Origin: Convolutriloba macropyga
Taxonomy: Eukaryota
Length of the DNA: 64,000 bases
Direction of reading: 5' to 3'
Assembly: GCF_964194025.1 (NCBI RefSeq)
Contig: NC_134471.1
Coordinates: 39,990,001-40,054,000 of the forward strand
Positions 1 to 12,681 of this stretch are shown here, piece after piece (position 1 is the first letter of the stretch; each line of letters begins with the position of its first letter). A program made the position numbers and the translations under genes. The notes below the pieces were generated by a model, which did no database searches, was not told the origin of the DNA, and saw only the letters and a program-made list of their open reading frames with translations.

Positions 1-635
1 ACTTTTTGAGAAGACTCTTTAATTCACGTTAATTGACGTTAATATTTACTTAGGACAAAAAAGTAATATCATTTAAACAATTCAGTCTGGTTGTAATTGA
101 AAAACTTTACACTGAATTGTCAACTTAATTGTCTTTCTGCAGGAAAACGATGTTGAAATGAACATGCTTGTGTGCATCCAAGTTAGACAGATTTTAATTT
201 CATATTTGCAATAGTTTTTTAATTTTGTGTACTTTCAAGTTGCTTGGAAAATAATGGGTTGGGATATTTTGTGCACATTACCGATCCAGCTAATCGCTAT
301 AGAGATGACTTTCGATTTGCTTAACCGTGACTGTAGAAAATTACGAGACAGTTTATTAAGTAAAAATAAAAGAGCCAATTTAGCTTAAGTAAAAAAAAAA
401 CAACGCAACCTATTAAATATTTTTCCGGGGAAAACTTCTATCCGTCATTTTTTAATTCTCCGAGAGTCAGTTGCTTCCTAATTTTCTACATTAATGGTTG
501 GCTATTTGCGAGACAGAATTTATATGGCAGCAAAGCTCAGCTTTGAACCGATATTAATCTCTTTTCTGTTGCAGTGAACGGTTTTCAGAATAAAAAAACA
601 AAATGTGAAATAGTTAATTCCATAATTCCATTTAG

Positions 636-884
636 AAACTTGAGGTCACCTCTCCTCTTCTGTGTCACAGTTGCAATTGCCAGTCAAGTATGTGGAATGA
701 CAGCTGTTATATACTTTCCAGACGACCTCTTTTCTGGTCTGTTCAACCATACCATGGACAGTGAGTTCTCAGAGCCACAACAGGTGGGTGTTCTCAATGT
801 GCATGCTGCTCTCACAAATCACAGGAGGCGTAGTGTCTCTGGGTGTCGTGACAAAGTTGGGCAAAAAATTTGTTCTCGTAATCT
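636..884 (+). CDS. MFS sugar-porter (SLC2/GLUT/Tret1-like) transporter, penultimate exon; apparent frameshift near 770-781
   Basis: TTTAG acceptor at 631-635, GTAAGT donor at 885. SQVCGMTAVIYF resembles the QQLSGINAVFYY TM7 motif. The +1 frame from 782 reads RWVFSMCMLLSQITGGVVSLGVVTKLGKKFVLVI (a TM helix plus a D/TKLGRK-like loop) and matches the phase of the next exon. Confidence 0.75.
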
Positions 885-1123
885 GTAAGTGACTACACAA
901 AGTTCCGCTCATCTCAAAGTAATGAATTTTTCTTAGTTTCTGAAATTGTTAAGCTTCTGAAGTCAATACTGATACCGATTTCTTCAAAGCCAAATTTTTT
1001 ATTGCTGAATTGTGAAACATTAATCAATAGGCTAAAACCGAAGTTTCCTCAATCGCTACCAGCTCTGCGCAGCTATCATTTATGGAAAAATCAAATTCTT
1101 AATGAAAGCATATTTTGTTTCAG

Positions 1124-1644
1124 CATTATGCATCATGGCCGTTTGCTTACTCTCCATTGGGTTTCTCCAATCAGACAAGACTGGCCAAGTCGCAACTGAC
1201 TGTCCTCAACACTTCAGGATACCATTCCAAACCAAATACCTCAAAGTGATCCTCCTTCTATTCCTCAACATATCATTCGGTCTTGGAGGTGGAACTATTC
1301 CCTGGATACTAACACCAGAAGTGTTCACGTTCGCCGCTAGAGGCCGCGCTGTTGCGCTCACAAACATGTTCTCTTTCACAGCCATGTTCTGCATGCTCAG
1401 TTTCACAGAGCATTTCGAAAACTTTTATTGCGGGTATATGTTTTGGATGTTTGGAGGCTTGTGTTTATTGTGGACAATGTATGTGTCTGTTGGTATGGTT
1501 AACAGTGACGGGTTGACGTGTTTGGAAGCCAATCAGCTGTTTGTGAATTCGAGGAGATCTTCGAATAGATCCACTGTTTCCAGAAGCACGATGCCTTTCA
1601 CACATACTGCGTCGCTCACTAGAAATGAATACAACTACATTTAG
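1124..1644 (+). CDS. MFS sugar-porter transporter, last exon (TM9-12 and C-terminal tail)
   Basis: TTTCAG acceptor ending at 1123. FGLGGGTIPWILTPEVFTFAARGRA matches the sugar-porter GxGPIPW...ExFP..xR motif. Stop at 1642-1644 and AATAAA at 1721. Confidence 0.88.
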
Positions 1645-2501
1645 TATGCTTAACGAGACATTTCGGCGTATAATGGATCATGTTAGAAATCTGTAAATCT
1701 ATCCGCATTCAAGAGTTTTGAATAAAAATTAATGTATGATGAAGCTTGCATATGTATCCTTGAATTATCTTTCACGTTGTTGAACACTACGGAGTTTCAC
1801 TTCCGTTCTCTAAGTGATCAGCGGATTCAAATTTTGCAAGATTTTGCGACAACTGTGATAGATCTGAATCTTGGAGAAAATATGAACATATTCAGGTGCG
1901 CTTATGGCCTAAAATTTTGTTTGGGATGCTTAGCTGTCAAGACATGAAACACTTTTCCAGTTATAGAAAAAATCATATCGGCATCAAAGTTATTGCTAGA
2001 ATCTGACAAAACTCCTGCCAGATAACGAATTTCCGAAAAAAATATCTTTAATGCCATGCTTTTAATAGCTCAAATGCAAAAAAATTCATCATAATTGTGG
2101 AAGAATTGGTCTTACTTTATCATATTGGAGTTTCAAAGTTATACAAACCTGATATGCTGGAAATTTAATTCTGTTGGCCACAGCATCAGTTACAATTATT
2201 TTTTCAATTAAAGAACAACAAATGATCATCCAGGACAAATTTTCTTAATTTTTGGAATATCGCAAATTTCAAAATGAATTTATTTTTTGACTGAAAATTA
2301 CAATGCAGATATTACAGGCTTAAGAACAAAAACAAACTGTTGCATTCTGCAATTCTACCTTTGAACGACGCTAGTAAATTGATTTCAGAAAACCGCAAAA
2401 AAATCATCACAAAAGCTTGTCCTTTGAAAGAAAAACATTTTGCACCTTAGAAAAAAATACATCTTCAACAAGAAGAAACATTTTCAAATTCAGTCAATAT
2501 T

Positions 2502-5096
2502 TGTTCCGACCCCTCTTGGGGGGGAACTATATACTCAAACGGGTTTTCTTTGTTCAGACAATTTTGACCGATCGATATATTAATCGTACAAAGTTGTGAA
2601 TAGTATCATTCAAAAGACCCTCTGGCGTAGAATACAGAATTGAAAAAATTTTTTGAATTTCGTATATTACAGGGAGTTATCGAAGGTTTGAATTTTCCAA
2701 AATTTCGTCTAAAATTTGGTCCATTTTGCTAAAAATTGTAAAAATTGTTAACCATAGTACTGTTGATTTTCTTTTTAAAGACAAAAAAGTTTTGTTGACT
2801 ATTTTCATATAATTTTTTGGGCCAAAAATTTTGGCTAAATATTTCAAAATTCCGCCTTTTTCATCAAAAAGTTCCCGAAGTAAGCTTCTTTAGTCCACTT
2901 TGATTAAATTTGCGGGAAGTACACATCCCAAAAACAACAAACACAAACTTTGTAAAATACAAAAGGAGCTATATTTACTTGCACTTCCATTCAGAATAGT
3001 CTAGAATAATAATTTTGTCATTTTTTTCTAACTTTACGATTATCAAAAACGCAGAATTTATTTTTGATCTTTTAACTAACAAATTATCTAGATCTAAATC
3101 ATTCGAAACAATTGAGTGTTCTAAACGAATAAACAGCACTAGCAGGGCTGGTTTTCTTCCAATCTGGGACTGTTACAACCGAAAAAGTGATCCGGATTGT
3201 AATCAATCGGTCTTTTTTAAAAAAAAATCGAGCTTTTTTATGTTGGTTAAAGAACAGAGCATTTCACATCAAAGCTCGCTGTTGATAGGGCCAAATGGTT
3301 TCCTAAACGGTTCCAAATTATGTATCTATTTTCCTTATGCGAAAGAATTTGGTCGTTTTGAATTTTAAAAATGTTTACTATTTAAATCAACAATGGCTTT
3401 TTTGAACTGTGCCACTAATTTTCTCATAATTTGATCAACTTGCAGCTCATCGCCAGCAAAAATAACGATTCTTTTTCTTCCTTTTTCTATTGAATTATAT
3501 TTCATATTTTTTTGCGGTTTCACATGTTAAATTAGTGTTTTCTCGCTTTAATACTACTAGATTTCATATTGTTTAATGTGGCACATTTTAATTTATGGCC
3601 TCTTTTTCAAGTTTTTTTTCTCGTTTTGTCACATTATCACATTAATGACAGTCCAGATATTATATTTTTGGCGTTCATAATAAAACACAATTGAACATCT
3701 AAATGTCTTGAAAGGCATAGATTGTGGTCTTTACGGCTTCGACACCCTTTTCTCGAAGAATTTAATTGAGTTTTTTACTATTGTTTTCAACTGTCGTTTT
3801 TACTTTGTCTTTATAGTGGAATGAAATTACCTGCCTAATGACCGGTCTCATTGGCATTTCAAGAAGGAGAAAATGAGCTGTTATTCTGATTTGAGTATAT
3901 AGCTGATGGCTTTCATGACGCTGAAAACATTTGTTTTCAAAAATAAAGAAAAATTCTTTTTAACGTTGTTTAACTTCGCATTTTTCTTTTTTATCTATTT
4001 GTGAACTAGTCTCGCTAGTTAAAGGTCACAAATGACTTTATTGTTGTCGAGGCAAGGTGCAAGAGTACCAAATCAAATGTTTAAAGAATTCGTTATGATT
4101 TTACTGGCTTCGACACGGGTTTTTTGGATAAAGTTAGCTATTTGTTTATTGTTGTCTATATTTAACGTTCTTTTGGCAGACGTAATAAAAAATTTTTAAA
4201 AATTACAGGTCACAAGCGCTTCCTTTGAGCAAACAATAAAAATTATTTTTTTATTTCTTTTTGTAGCTATTGGTTTTCATGACTTTAAAAACAATTGTTT
4301 TCGAAAAAAATATAGCTACTTATAAATTTTGCCCTGTTCTCTTTTCAGCTATAATTGTTTGCAATTCTCAATAATGAAAAGCCTATACACCATTTTTGAC
4401 GTTCGAGAAAGGCTCAATTGAACATATTTTTAGGGACCAAATATGGCTTTACGGCTTCGGCAGCGTTTTCTCGCATATGTTTTTGTTGTCTCTATTTGTT
4501 CTTTTTGTAACCGCATAAAAAATTGATTAATGGCAGGTCTTAATGCCCTTGTAGAGAAGCTTATGTGATCATGAACATAGTAGATGTTTTCATGTCCTTA
4601 CGTTGAAATTATATGTTTTTAAAAATTTAAGCCATTTTTTATCTTTGCCGTTTTCTTGTTCTTTTTTGTCTAATTGTTACCGAGCCTTTTTATGAAGTGA
4701 TTCCGAGCCTTTTCATGATCTTTGGAGTGAAATATAATTTAATTTGTTTAGTTTCAGTTTCATCCGAAGCTATTTTGAGCTTGTTAGTAAGTTTTTTTTA
4801 AAGGGCATTAAGCTTTGGATGTAATTAATGTTTGTTGTTATTGTTGTTTGATTTTGTTGTTCGTCTTGACTTGCTTTCTTAATAATGAGTGATCACATAA
4901 GTCTGATGCGGCATTTTTTTTTACTTCACTGGGTTATTTGTGTTGAAAGCGATCCTTTTTAAACCAATTCTTTGAAAATTACTTTAATTTTTTGGGTTTT
5001 CTATCTGTTCCTCATTTGGTAGACATTTACGTCAAAAACTAGGATTACCGGGGTCGGAACTTTATGTGCGAACGCAGATTACCGAGCCTCCTTGTT
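2502..5096 (+). mobile_element. Non-autonomous Helentron/DINE-1(HINE)-like element, copy H1
   Basis: 5' GTTCCGACCCC (2503-2513) with an adjacent partial inverted repeat; inverted GGGGTCGGAAC at 5050-5060, then hairpin TGTGCGAACGCA and terminal TTACCGAGCCTCCTTGTT. T-rich flanks, no TSD. Colinear with copies at 25503-31007 and 49313-52011. Confidence 0.75.
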
Positions 5097-5399
5097 TGTA
5101 TTAAAAAGTAATGTTTATGTTTCATCAACTGTTTTGGTCATTACAGAATAATTTATGTGTCTAGTGTAAAACCACACAGTGAGAAAAGAACGCTGGGTCA
5201 ACAGTTGATTTATCTTTGTTTTTGTGGATTTTTTTTATAAAACGCTGATATTGATTAATGCAAAACAAAATTATTAAAAAAACAATTTTCGAATTGTGCT
5301 AGAAACAAAAGATTAGATACTAATCAAAATTTTTTTCGAGCAATTTTCAAACCGATAATTCATGGCCGCAGTTTGATATCGTTTGATAACAAAAACCGA

Positions 5400-8300
5400 A
5401 ATGAGCAGCTAGAGAACAGTTGGTTTAAACCGTTGGCTTTGAAATTGAGCTATTACGTAATCTGCATTGCAATTTGACCAAAAATGGAAACTTTTAACGT
5501 TCAGAAAGAAATCTTTGCTTTTAAAGATGCCAAAATCAAGCAAATTCTCGCGTTTTTCTTGAATAAAATTGTTACAAATTGTATCAAAAACACAAGTTAC
5601 AACAGAAAATTACTGAATTAGAGTCTCTCGAGTCACTGAAATGGTAAAATACTCTTCGAAAGATTGTCTTTTTTCAAAAATATGCCAATCAGTGATGTTA
5701 CTGCATCAATCCCGCACCAGGTATGTGACTTTCTGAAGGCACTCCTCAACTTTTCTACCCATCCTTCAAGGTTCAAGGCATGTCACATCCTTGGTAAGTC
5801 ACCAAATCCAGCATATCCGCCTGCAATCATTGTTCAAATGTTCATTTTTTACTGAAAAAATGGAGATATTTGGCCGCAAGTCATGATTAGCTAAAACTAA
5901 TAATCCTTCGAATGGTCTTGGAATATTCATCAACGAGCGTCTCCCGAGAATCCAGAAAGATATAAAAGAGCACGCAGATTCTCTTGGATTTATTACCACT
6001 ACATTCAATTGCAAGGTGAAATTCTTTAAGAAGACCACAGAAGGTGGTTTTCGTAGTGTTGTTGTAAACAGTATTAAAGCCGTTGATGACATAAAAGAGG
6101 TAGCAGTGTCTAAGAAAAAGCATCCTCCTCATATCAAGACAGCAGCCGGGGTTATTTGTCATGAGAAGACACCAAAGCAAAGTGACATCCAGAGCTTCAA
6201 TTCAAAAAGAGCGAGAGAATCTCCAGGTGAAAGCAGTGCTGATGTGAAGTCACAGCGAGTGGCAAACAAGACATAGCTTTCGTTTGCGGTCAAATTTCCA
6301 TATGTGTTTTTTCTTAATTAGCGACGTTAATCAGCGAAAAAGATCTAAGACAAAAAAGTTTGACTGCAAAAGGTAACGGGAAAACTTGTAAACAAAACCG
6401 AGTTCTTATTCTGAGTACCAAGCCGTGGCTAACAAAAAACAGTGAATTGCAATATCATAGGACTTAATATTTGGTCTTTAAGGTGTCATTCTGACGAATT
6501 GGTAATCTTTGTAGACGATTTTGGTACAAAACCAGATGTGATAGGTTTTACGGAAACGTGTCTGAAGGAGCAAGATCCGATAGGAATATATCGCCCCGAA
6601 AGTTATCACCCAATCATTTCTAAACCCCGAAATGACTCGCGAAGAGCTGGTGGAGTTGCCTTCTTTATTGCCTTCGATCTCCTACAACTAAAAATCGAAC
6701 AATTAAATACCAGAATTGAAAAATTGATAAACGAAATTGGCACTAACCGAAACAAAAAACGTTTTTGCCTGATTTACAGACCACCAAATTACCGGTTGAC
6801 AAAATTTCTGGTTGCTTCGAGAACTTGTTGCTGTTTTTAAACATGTTAGCGTTGACACCATTATACTTGGTGATATGAACATTGATATACTTAAGCAATG
6901 TCATAAAATTGAACAAAATCTCGAATTACTTCAAGCAATTGATTTCCAAGTGCAAAATAGAGAACCGACTAGTGTCACGCCATCAACCGCGACATGTATC
7001 GATCATATTTTAGCGAGAAAACATATAGCAACTGAAACTATCACAACAACTATGAGTGATCATTTTACAAATCAAGGGGTGTTGACAAGAAATACCAACA
7101 GACTAGTTATCAAGGGAGAATCAATCTGGTAGCGAAACATTTCAAAGCTAAAGGGTGAAAACAGTCTTAGATTTTGGTTCGTACTTGAAAAAAGTTTGCG
7201 GAAAATTGATCTTGATAACGTCACTGCCGAAGATTTTTTCATTGAAATTTCGAAATCAATAAAGGATACAATTCAAAAGTTTGCACCTTTGCGTAGAGTC
7301 AATTATCAAAGAAAAGACACTTGGATAACAATTAATATAACGATCGCGATCAATAAAAGGAACAATTTTCTTCATTTATGGCTGAACTCTCCGCCCGATG
7401 AAAACAAACTTCGATATCAGCGTTCAAGGAATGATCTAACAGAAAAAATCCGCAAGCAGAAAAAAGTAGAAAATATGGAAAAAATAGGAACCAAAGCTTG
7501 TCCTCGGAAACTTTTTCGAGTCTTCCGCTCTACAACGAAAGACGACATGGTCATTCACAAAAATCCAGAACCAGACGAATTGAATGATTATTTTGCAAAA
7601 ATTGGTAGAACGCTATCGGATAGGATAGAGCAAGCAACTGAAATGTTTTCAGTGGAAATAGTTGTTGGGTCGATGGCCCTCTTCCCAACAAATTGCGATG
7701 AGATAGCAAATATATTATCCCCCATGATACCCAAAAAAGTTATGGTAATGATGGTATCAGTAACGAAATGTTAATATGTTGCTCGCCAATCATTGAACCG
7801 TATTTTGCTTTAGCTATTAACAAATGTTTTGGGAAAAAATTAATTCCAAAATGCCTCAATATTGCAATAATCTTACAATTATACAAAAATGAGACTACTT
7901 AGGTTGCGGAAATTACAAATCAATCAGTCTTTTGAATTGTCTCTCAAAAGTTTACGAAATTGTTCTCTATAAAAGTATGTCTAAGGTTTTGTGACTAAAA
8001 ACCTGTTCAACCAACGACAGTTCGGATTCCGTTCTCATCACTCCTGTGCACACGCTATTGGAGAAATAACTGATTACATCAGAAAAAGTATCGAGCGCAA
8101 ACAAAAAGGGCATGCAGTTTTTCTCAAAAGCTTTTGATACGCTGGATCACAAAATTCTCTTGGACAAACTAGAGAGATATGTATTCCGTGGGCCAATTCT
8201 AAAAATATTGATAAAATATCTGTCCGATAGAGTTCAATATGTCTGTCAATGAGAAAAAAAGTACTGGAACATTAACAATTGAATCTGTTGTTCCTCAGGG

Positions 8301-9690
8301 ATCAATCTTGAGCCCATTTTTGTTTCGCGTTTATATCAACGACCTACCAAATCAAATTAAGCAAAGCAGTGTTAATCTCTTTGCTGACGATATCACACTA
8401 GTGAGCGCCAGCAAGGAGTCTGATGTTATTAATCAAGAACTGATCACTTTAAATGACTGGTTCAAATGGAAGAAACTATCAGTGAACTACTCAAAGTGCG
8501 TATTGTTGCATTTCGGTAAAAATTGAAAGTCAGAGTACATTGAAATTACAGGAGCAAGAAATAGCTGCAGATTACACATGCAAGTACCTTGGAGCTTATC
8601 TAGATCCAAAACTGACGTATATAGAACACATAGCATATATAACGAAGATAATGAACAAATTTTATGACATTTTATACCGAGTGAGGAACTTTTTCACCAT
8701 TAAACACATGTTGACGTTTATCAATCTAATACAAAATCAATCATAACTTATGGTCTTCTGATATATGGAAGTGCTAGCAAAACAGATTTACAGCGTCTCG
8801 AAAACTGCCATAGAAGGATAATTCGAGCTATCTTTTTCTAACGAAAAATAGATTCCCCCCCCCAACATCTATGAGCAGCACAACTTGTTAACAGTTTTCG
8901 AAATGTATATCTGTGAAGTTTACAAAAAACTTCTATAACAATTAAGATCTAAATCGCCCCTAAAATTCCTCACTGAAAGCTCTGTTGACGTTTATCAATC
9001 TTATACAAAATCAATCATAACTTATGGTCTTCTGATATATGGAAGTGCTAGCAAAACAGATTTACAGCGTCTCGAAAACTGCCATAGAAGGATAATTCGA
9101 GCTATCTTTTTCTAACGAAAAATAGATTCCCCCCCCCAACATCTATGAGCAGCACAACTTGTTAACAGTTTTCGAAATGTATATCTGTGAAGTTTACAAA
9201 AAACTTCTATAACAATTAAGATCTAAATCGCCCCTAAAATTCCTCACTGAAAGCTCTGCTCTGATTCCTGTCTAAAATACTCGTCGCAGCACACGGGGAA
9301 TATTACCCTCTCAACACAGTAGGACGCGCTTTAAGGAAAAGTAACCGGAAAACACGCTCCGAAAAGCATACAACTGTTTAAAAAGCGCAGACTTGCTACC
9401 ACCCAATATAAATTCGTGCTCTAAATCGAGCGTCGCTTTTTTTCTCACAATGCTTACTAAAACTTTCATACCAGACAAAAAAATTTTGGTTGAATTGTTT
9501 TTCTAGGATCTAAGACTTCATTTATAAATTGGCCACGAACTTGATATCTCTAAGGGCAACGACTATGAAGAGCCAGATGGCTCATTCGTTGTCCCTACTG
9601 ATTGTTTAGTTGACATATTTGTATTGTACTTCTCTTAAAATGCTTTTATTTCAACAATCGGTCAAATGAACTTTACTTTACTATCATTTC
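5400..9690 (+). mobile_element. Decayed near full-length non-LTR retrotransposon (CR1/L2/Crack group): ORF1 + APE-RT ORF2
   Basis: ORF1 remnant ~5600-6276 (KYSSKDCLFFKNMP, ACHILG, IFINERL). APE motifs GLNIWSL, GFTETCL, YRPP, GDMNID, IDHI, SDH (6442-7132). RT motifs VPQGSILSP and FADD (8239-8526). Many stops and frameshifts. 3' stem-loop at 9553-9596 and ACTTT-repeat tail near 9670. The 5' boundary is approximate. Confidence 0.9.
8709..9258 (+). repeat. 274-bp tandem duplication inside the LINE ORF2 3' end
   Basis: 8709-8984 and 8983-9258 are near-identical (one visible mismatch) with a TG microhomology at the junction. Confidence 0.95.
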
Positions 9691-10959
9691 TCTTTTGAAA
9701 AAAACGAAGCAAAATGTCAGATCTAAACATCTATGCTCTGAAAAAAGAAAAAGTTATCTCTGTAGAGAATAGTTTCGTCGCAGTGAAATGAAGGTGTAAT
9801 TATGCATTCAAGTCCTCTTTTTCAAAAATTTAATTTAGCTTATGGGTCACTCGGATTTAATTGTTTTTGCTGATATTGATCAATTGTTCAGTAATTTGGA
9901 CAAAAGATAACTTTTGATCTTTTTCTTCTATTATTGTTAATATTTCCTAGCAAAATGGTCCACTTAATGTTTACGTATAATAAATAGCAAAGTAGTTATT
10001 AAAATTTTTTAAACCCAGTCTCGAGGAATCAAATTGATTTCCTTTCCATTTCCTAGTAAGTGAAAATGAGGTCAAAATAAGTGTCAGAGAGTATTAAATA
10101 ACCTTTTTGAATAAAAACAGTAAACAGATGGTCGGATAACATAACTACACAGAAAAATTGGTAAAAATCACGAGAATCTGAAAAAATTAACGGAAAGTAG
10201 CAAACTGAAGTCGAAAATTCCACCCAATTTGATCAAAAATTTACTTCAAAAACAAATGAAGTCGCTGAAAGGTATGCTGTAATCCTAACTTGACAGAAAC
10301 CGGACCGATGTAATGCTTCATCTTACGTCACTATATGGAAGAAAATTGCACTAAATTCTCAAATTCAACAAATTTTCTAATGGAGTTTTGTCTGTTATAC
10401 CATTCTTATAAAGGACATTCATCATTTCACCTTTTTCTGATTTCACTTTCTGCAACAATGGCTTATATCACTTTTGGTTTTTGTTTTCTGGTCTATGTAG
10501 GAATTTTCTATGCTACGCACAGACTCGCACGAGCCCTCTTGTTAAATTATTACGGCTCGTATCTTTTTTCAAGATTCTTTTCACGAAAACATGAAAAAGC
10601 AAGAAAAAGTCAACATTATGGCGATAGAATCGGGTGGATTTTTAACACGCCTATAATCAAAAGTCGAATGTGCTCTGAAGTCATAAATATAAACAACGCT
10701 CCCAAAAATGGTATTGAATGATATCTGTTTTTACACGATTACGAGATAATGACGCAAAACAGCAGTCTAATGAAGAGTTTATATAAGAAACATCGAACAT
10801 ACATTGTTAACATTTCTATTATAAACTGAAGTAGATTTTGCATCTAAATTTTGAATCAGTTTGGTTTTTCGCCATACCAAATCAAATTCGACAGCATATA
10901 ATCATTATGATTTGATATATTATCTATTTAGACAGAACACCAATTGCATCGAATTCGAT

Positions 10960-11119
10960 ATGAAAATTGAGACAATTTATTTCAACACATTCTGCCTAAT
11001 TTTGGCAGCTGTTGTTCCAAGAAATTATGGAGAAAAATCAGATAACACAACTCAAAACTGCACCACTGGCAGAAACATCTCTGGTCTCATTCTCCAACCA
11101 AATGGAAAATGTGCACCAG
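10960..11119 (+). CDS. Orphan type-I membrane glycoprotein paralog A, exon 1 (putative signal peptide)
   Basis: MKIETIYFNTFCLILAAVV...NCTTGR..GLILQPNGKCAP|G with a phase-1 GT donor at 11120; homologous to 45070 and 63015. Confidence 0.8.
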
Positions 11120-11539
11120 GTGTGTAGTCTTTTAACCCCCCAACCCCGGGCCACCAACCACATAATTGCCTGTCCCGCAACCATACCAAGACACGTATGA
11201 CGTTCATGGTAACTCGATGAGCGTATTTATGATAAACACATGAAAACTTCAACTAAACAAAAAAGGCGAGATAAATGTTGTAGTATAAGTTTTAAAGGAA
11301 ATAATTTCCACTGATCTGCTAGAATTTTATTTATAAACAAGCATCTGAAAAAAAAACTTTTTGGCTGTCACAAACTTTCTGTGTGAAAAATTTGTAGTGG
11401 GAAAAAATATTATCTTAATTCGTTTAACATACGCAGTGACATAAAAAAAAAGAGCCTATCCATTAATTAGAAAAGTTAACCTAACCTAAAGTTTTAACCA
11501 AACGCTATAAATGTTTATGCAGTCATAGACTCGGAGAGT

Positions 11540-12005
11540 GGTGTAGGACAATTTACCAAATGCCATTATACCCACTGCCATTTTACCCAACCTGCCATTT
11601 TACCCAATGACAACTTACCCAATTTACCTTATTGTTAAAATCGTCAGAACGACTATTTAGCCAACTATATAATTTAATGGCCCGTGGGACTTGATATAAA
11701 ACTGTCACAGCCAAACATGGGATTATATTGTCCACATAAACTTTTTAAAACATCTTGTACTAGCGACTGCTAAATTGTAATCGGATAATTGAACGAAAAG
11801 ATCAAAGAGCATTGGTTAAGTTGGTATTGGCTAAAATGGCATTGAGTAAAACGGCAGGTTGGGTATAATGGCATTCGGTAAAATGGCTGGTAGGTAAAAA
11901 TGCATTGGGCAAAATGGCAGGTTGGGTATTATGGTATTGGGTAAAATGGCTGGTTGTGTATAATAGCCTTGGGTAAAATGGAATTGGGTAAATTGTCCTG
12001 TAACC
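11540..12005. mobile_element. Foldback/MITE-like non-autonomous DNA transposon in intron 1 of paralog A
   Basis: Inverted termini (AGGACAATTTACC ... GGTAAATTGTCCT). Subterminal arrays of TGCCATTTTACCCAA in opposite orientation at the two ends. Possible degenerate 8-bp TSD (CGGAGAGT / CGGATAGC). Confidence 0.75.
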
Positions 12006-12545
12006 CGGATAGCAACCGTGTAGCAGACGTGCACGCTTTTAAGTGTTTTAGTGGTTACCAGAGTTAGTGTTTTGGGGGTTCGGGTATCTCATTGCTATTA
12101 CAGTTGTTGCGTATGCCATACATGTCCAGCTGACCACAAATTCTACAATAGATCTCTTGTAATTAGATGTGCAGATTTTATGGAGCAGATAGATGCAATT
12201 AATTTTTGTCTTGATAGCAGGGAACTATGAGCAATAAGAACTAGCCTCTGTGGTCAGAAAAACAGGGATAGGGGTCTTAACAATAAAGCTGTTTTAGCGG
12301 GGGAAATGGGGGTTGGGAAATTAGTTTCGGTCACACTTCACTCTTGGCGAGATTATATTTAATTTGTAACCGTATATAAAGTCTCTTAGTTATATCGGAA
12401 AAACACTTAGCTGAGAGGCACAATAAATGTTTGAGAGTTGAAACTATTTAGTAAATTTAAAATTATGCAAAATCAAGGTTTTTGTAATTTTAACTAGTAC
12501 ATGTTCATATATAGCTGGAAACCGCATTGCCTGTAAATGTTGCAG

Positions 12546-12681
12546 GTTTTGCGGGTGATGAGTGCAAATGGAGAGGATCCAGTGCCAACTTGGGGCCACC
12601 CCCACTATTCATCCCAAAGTCACTGAATGTTACCCAAAATGTACCTGCCAATTTGCTCTGCCTCAGCAATCTTCAAACTCG
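12546..12681 (+). CDS. Paralog A exon 2
   Basis: TGCAG acceptor, GTTAGT donor. GFAGDECK...LGPPP...LNVT...NLLCL. 136 nt, the same length as paralog B exon 2. Confidence 0.85.

Noticed and set aside
143-181. Possible upstream micro-exon of the sugar transporter after TTTCTGCAG
   Set aside because: No convincing donor in the required phase and no recognisable motif.
761-783. 23-nt GTGAGT...CAG mini-intron in the transporter exon
   Set aside because: Removing it yields a Cys-rich frame that ends in TAG and does not restore the transporter frame.
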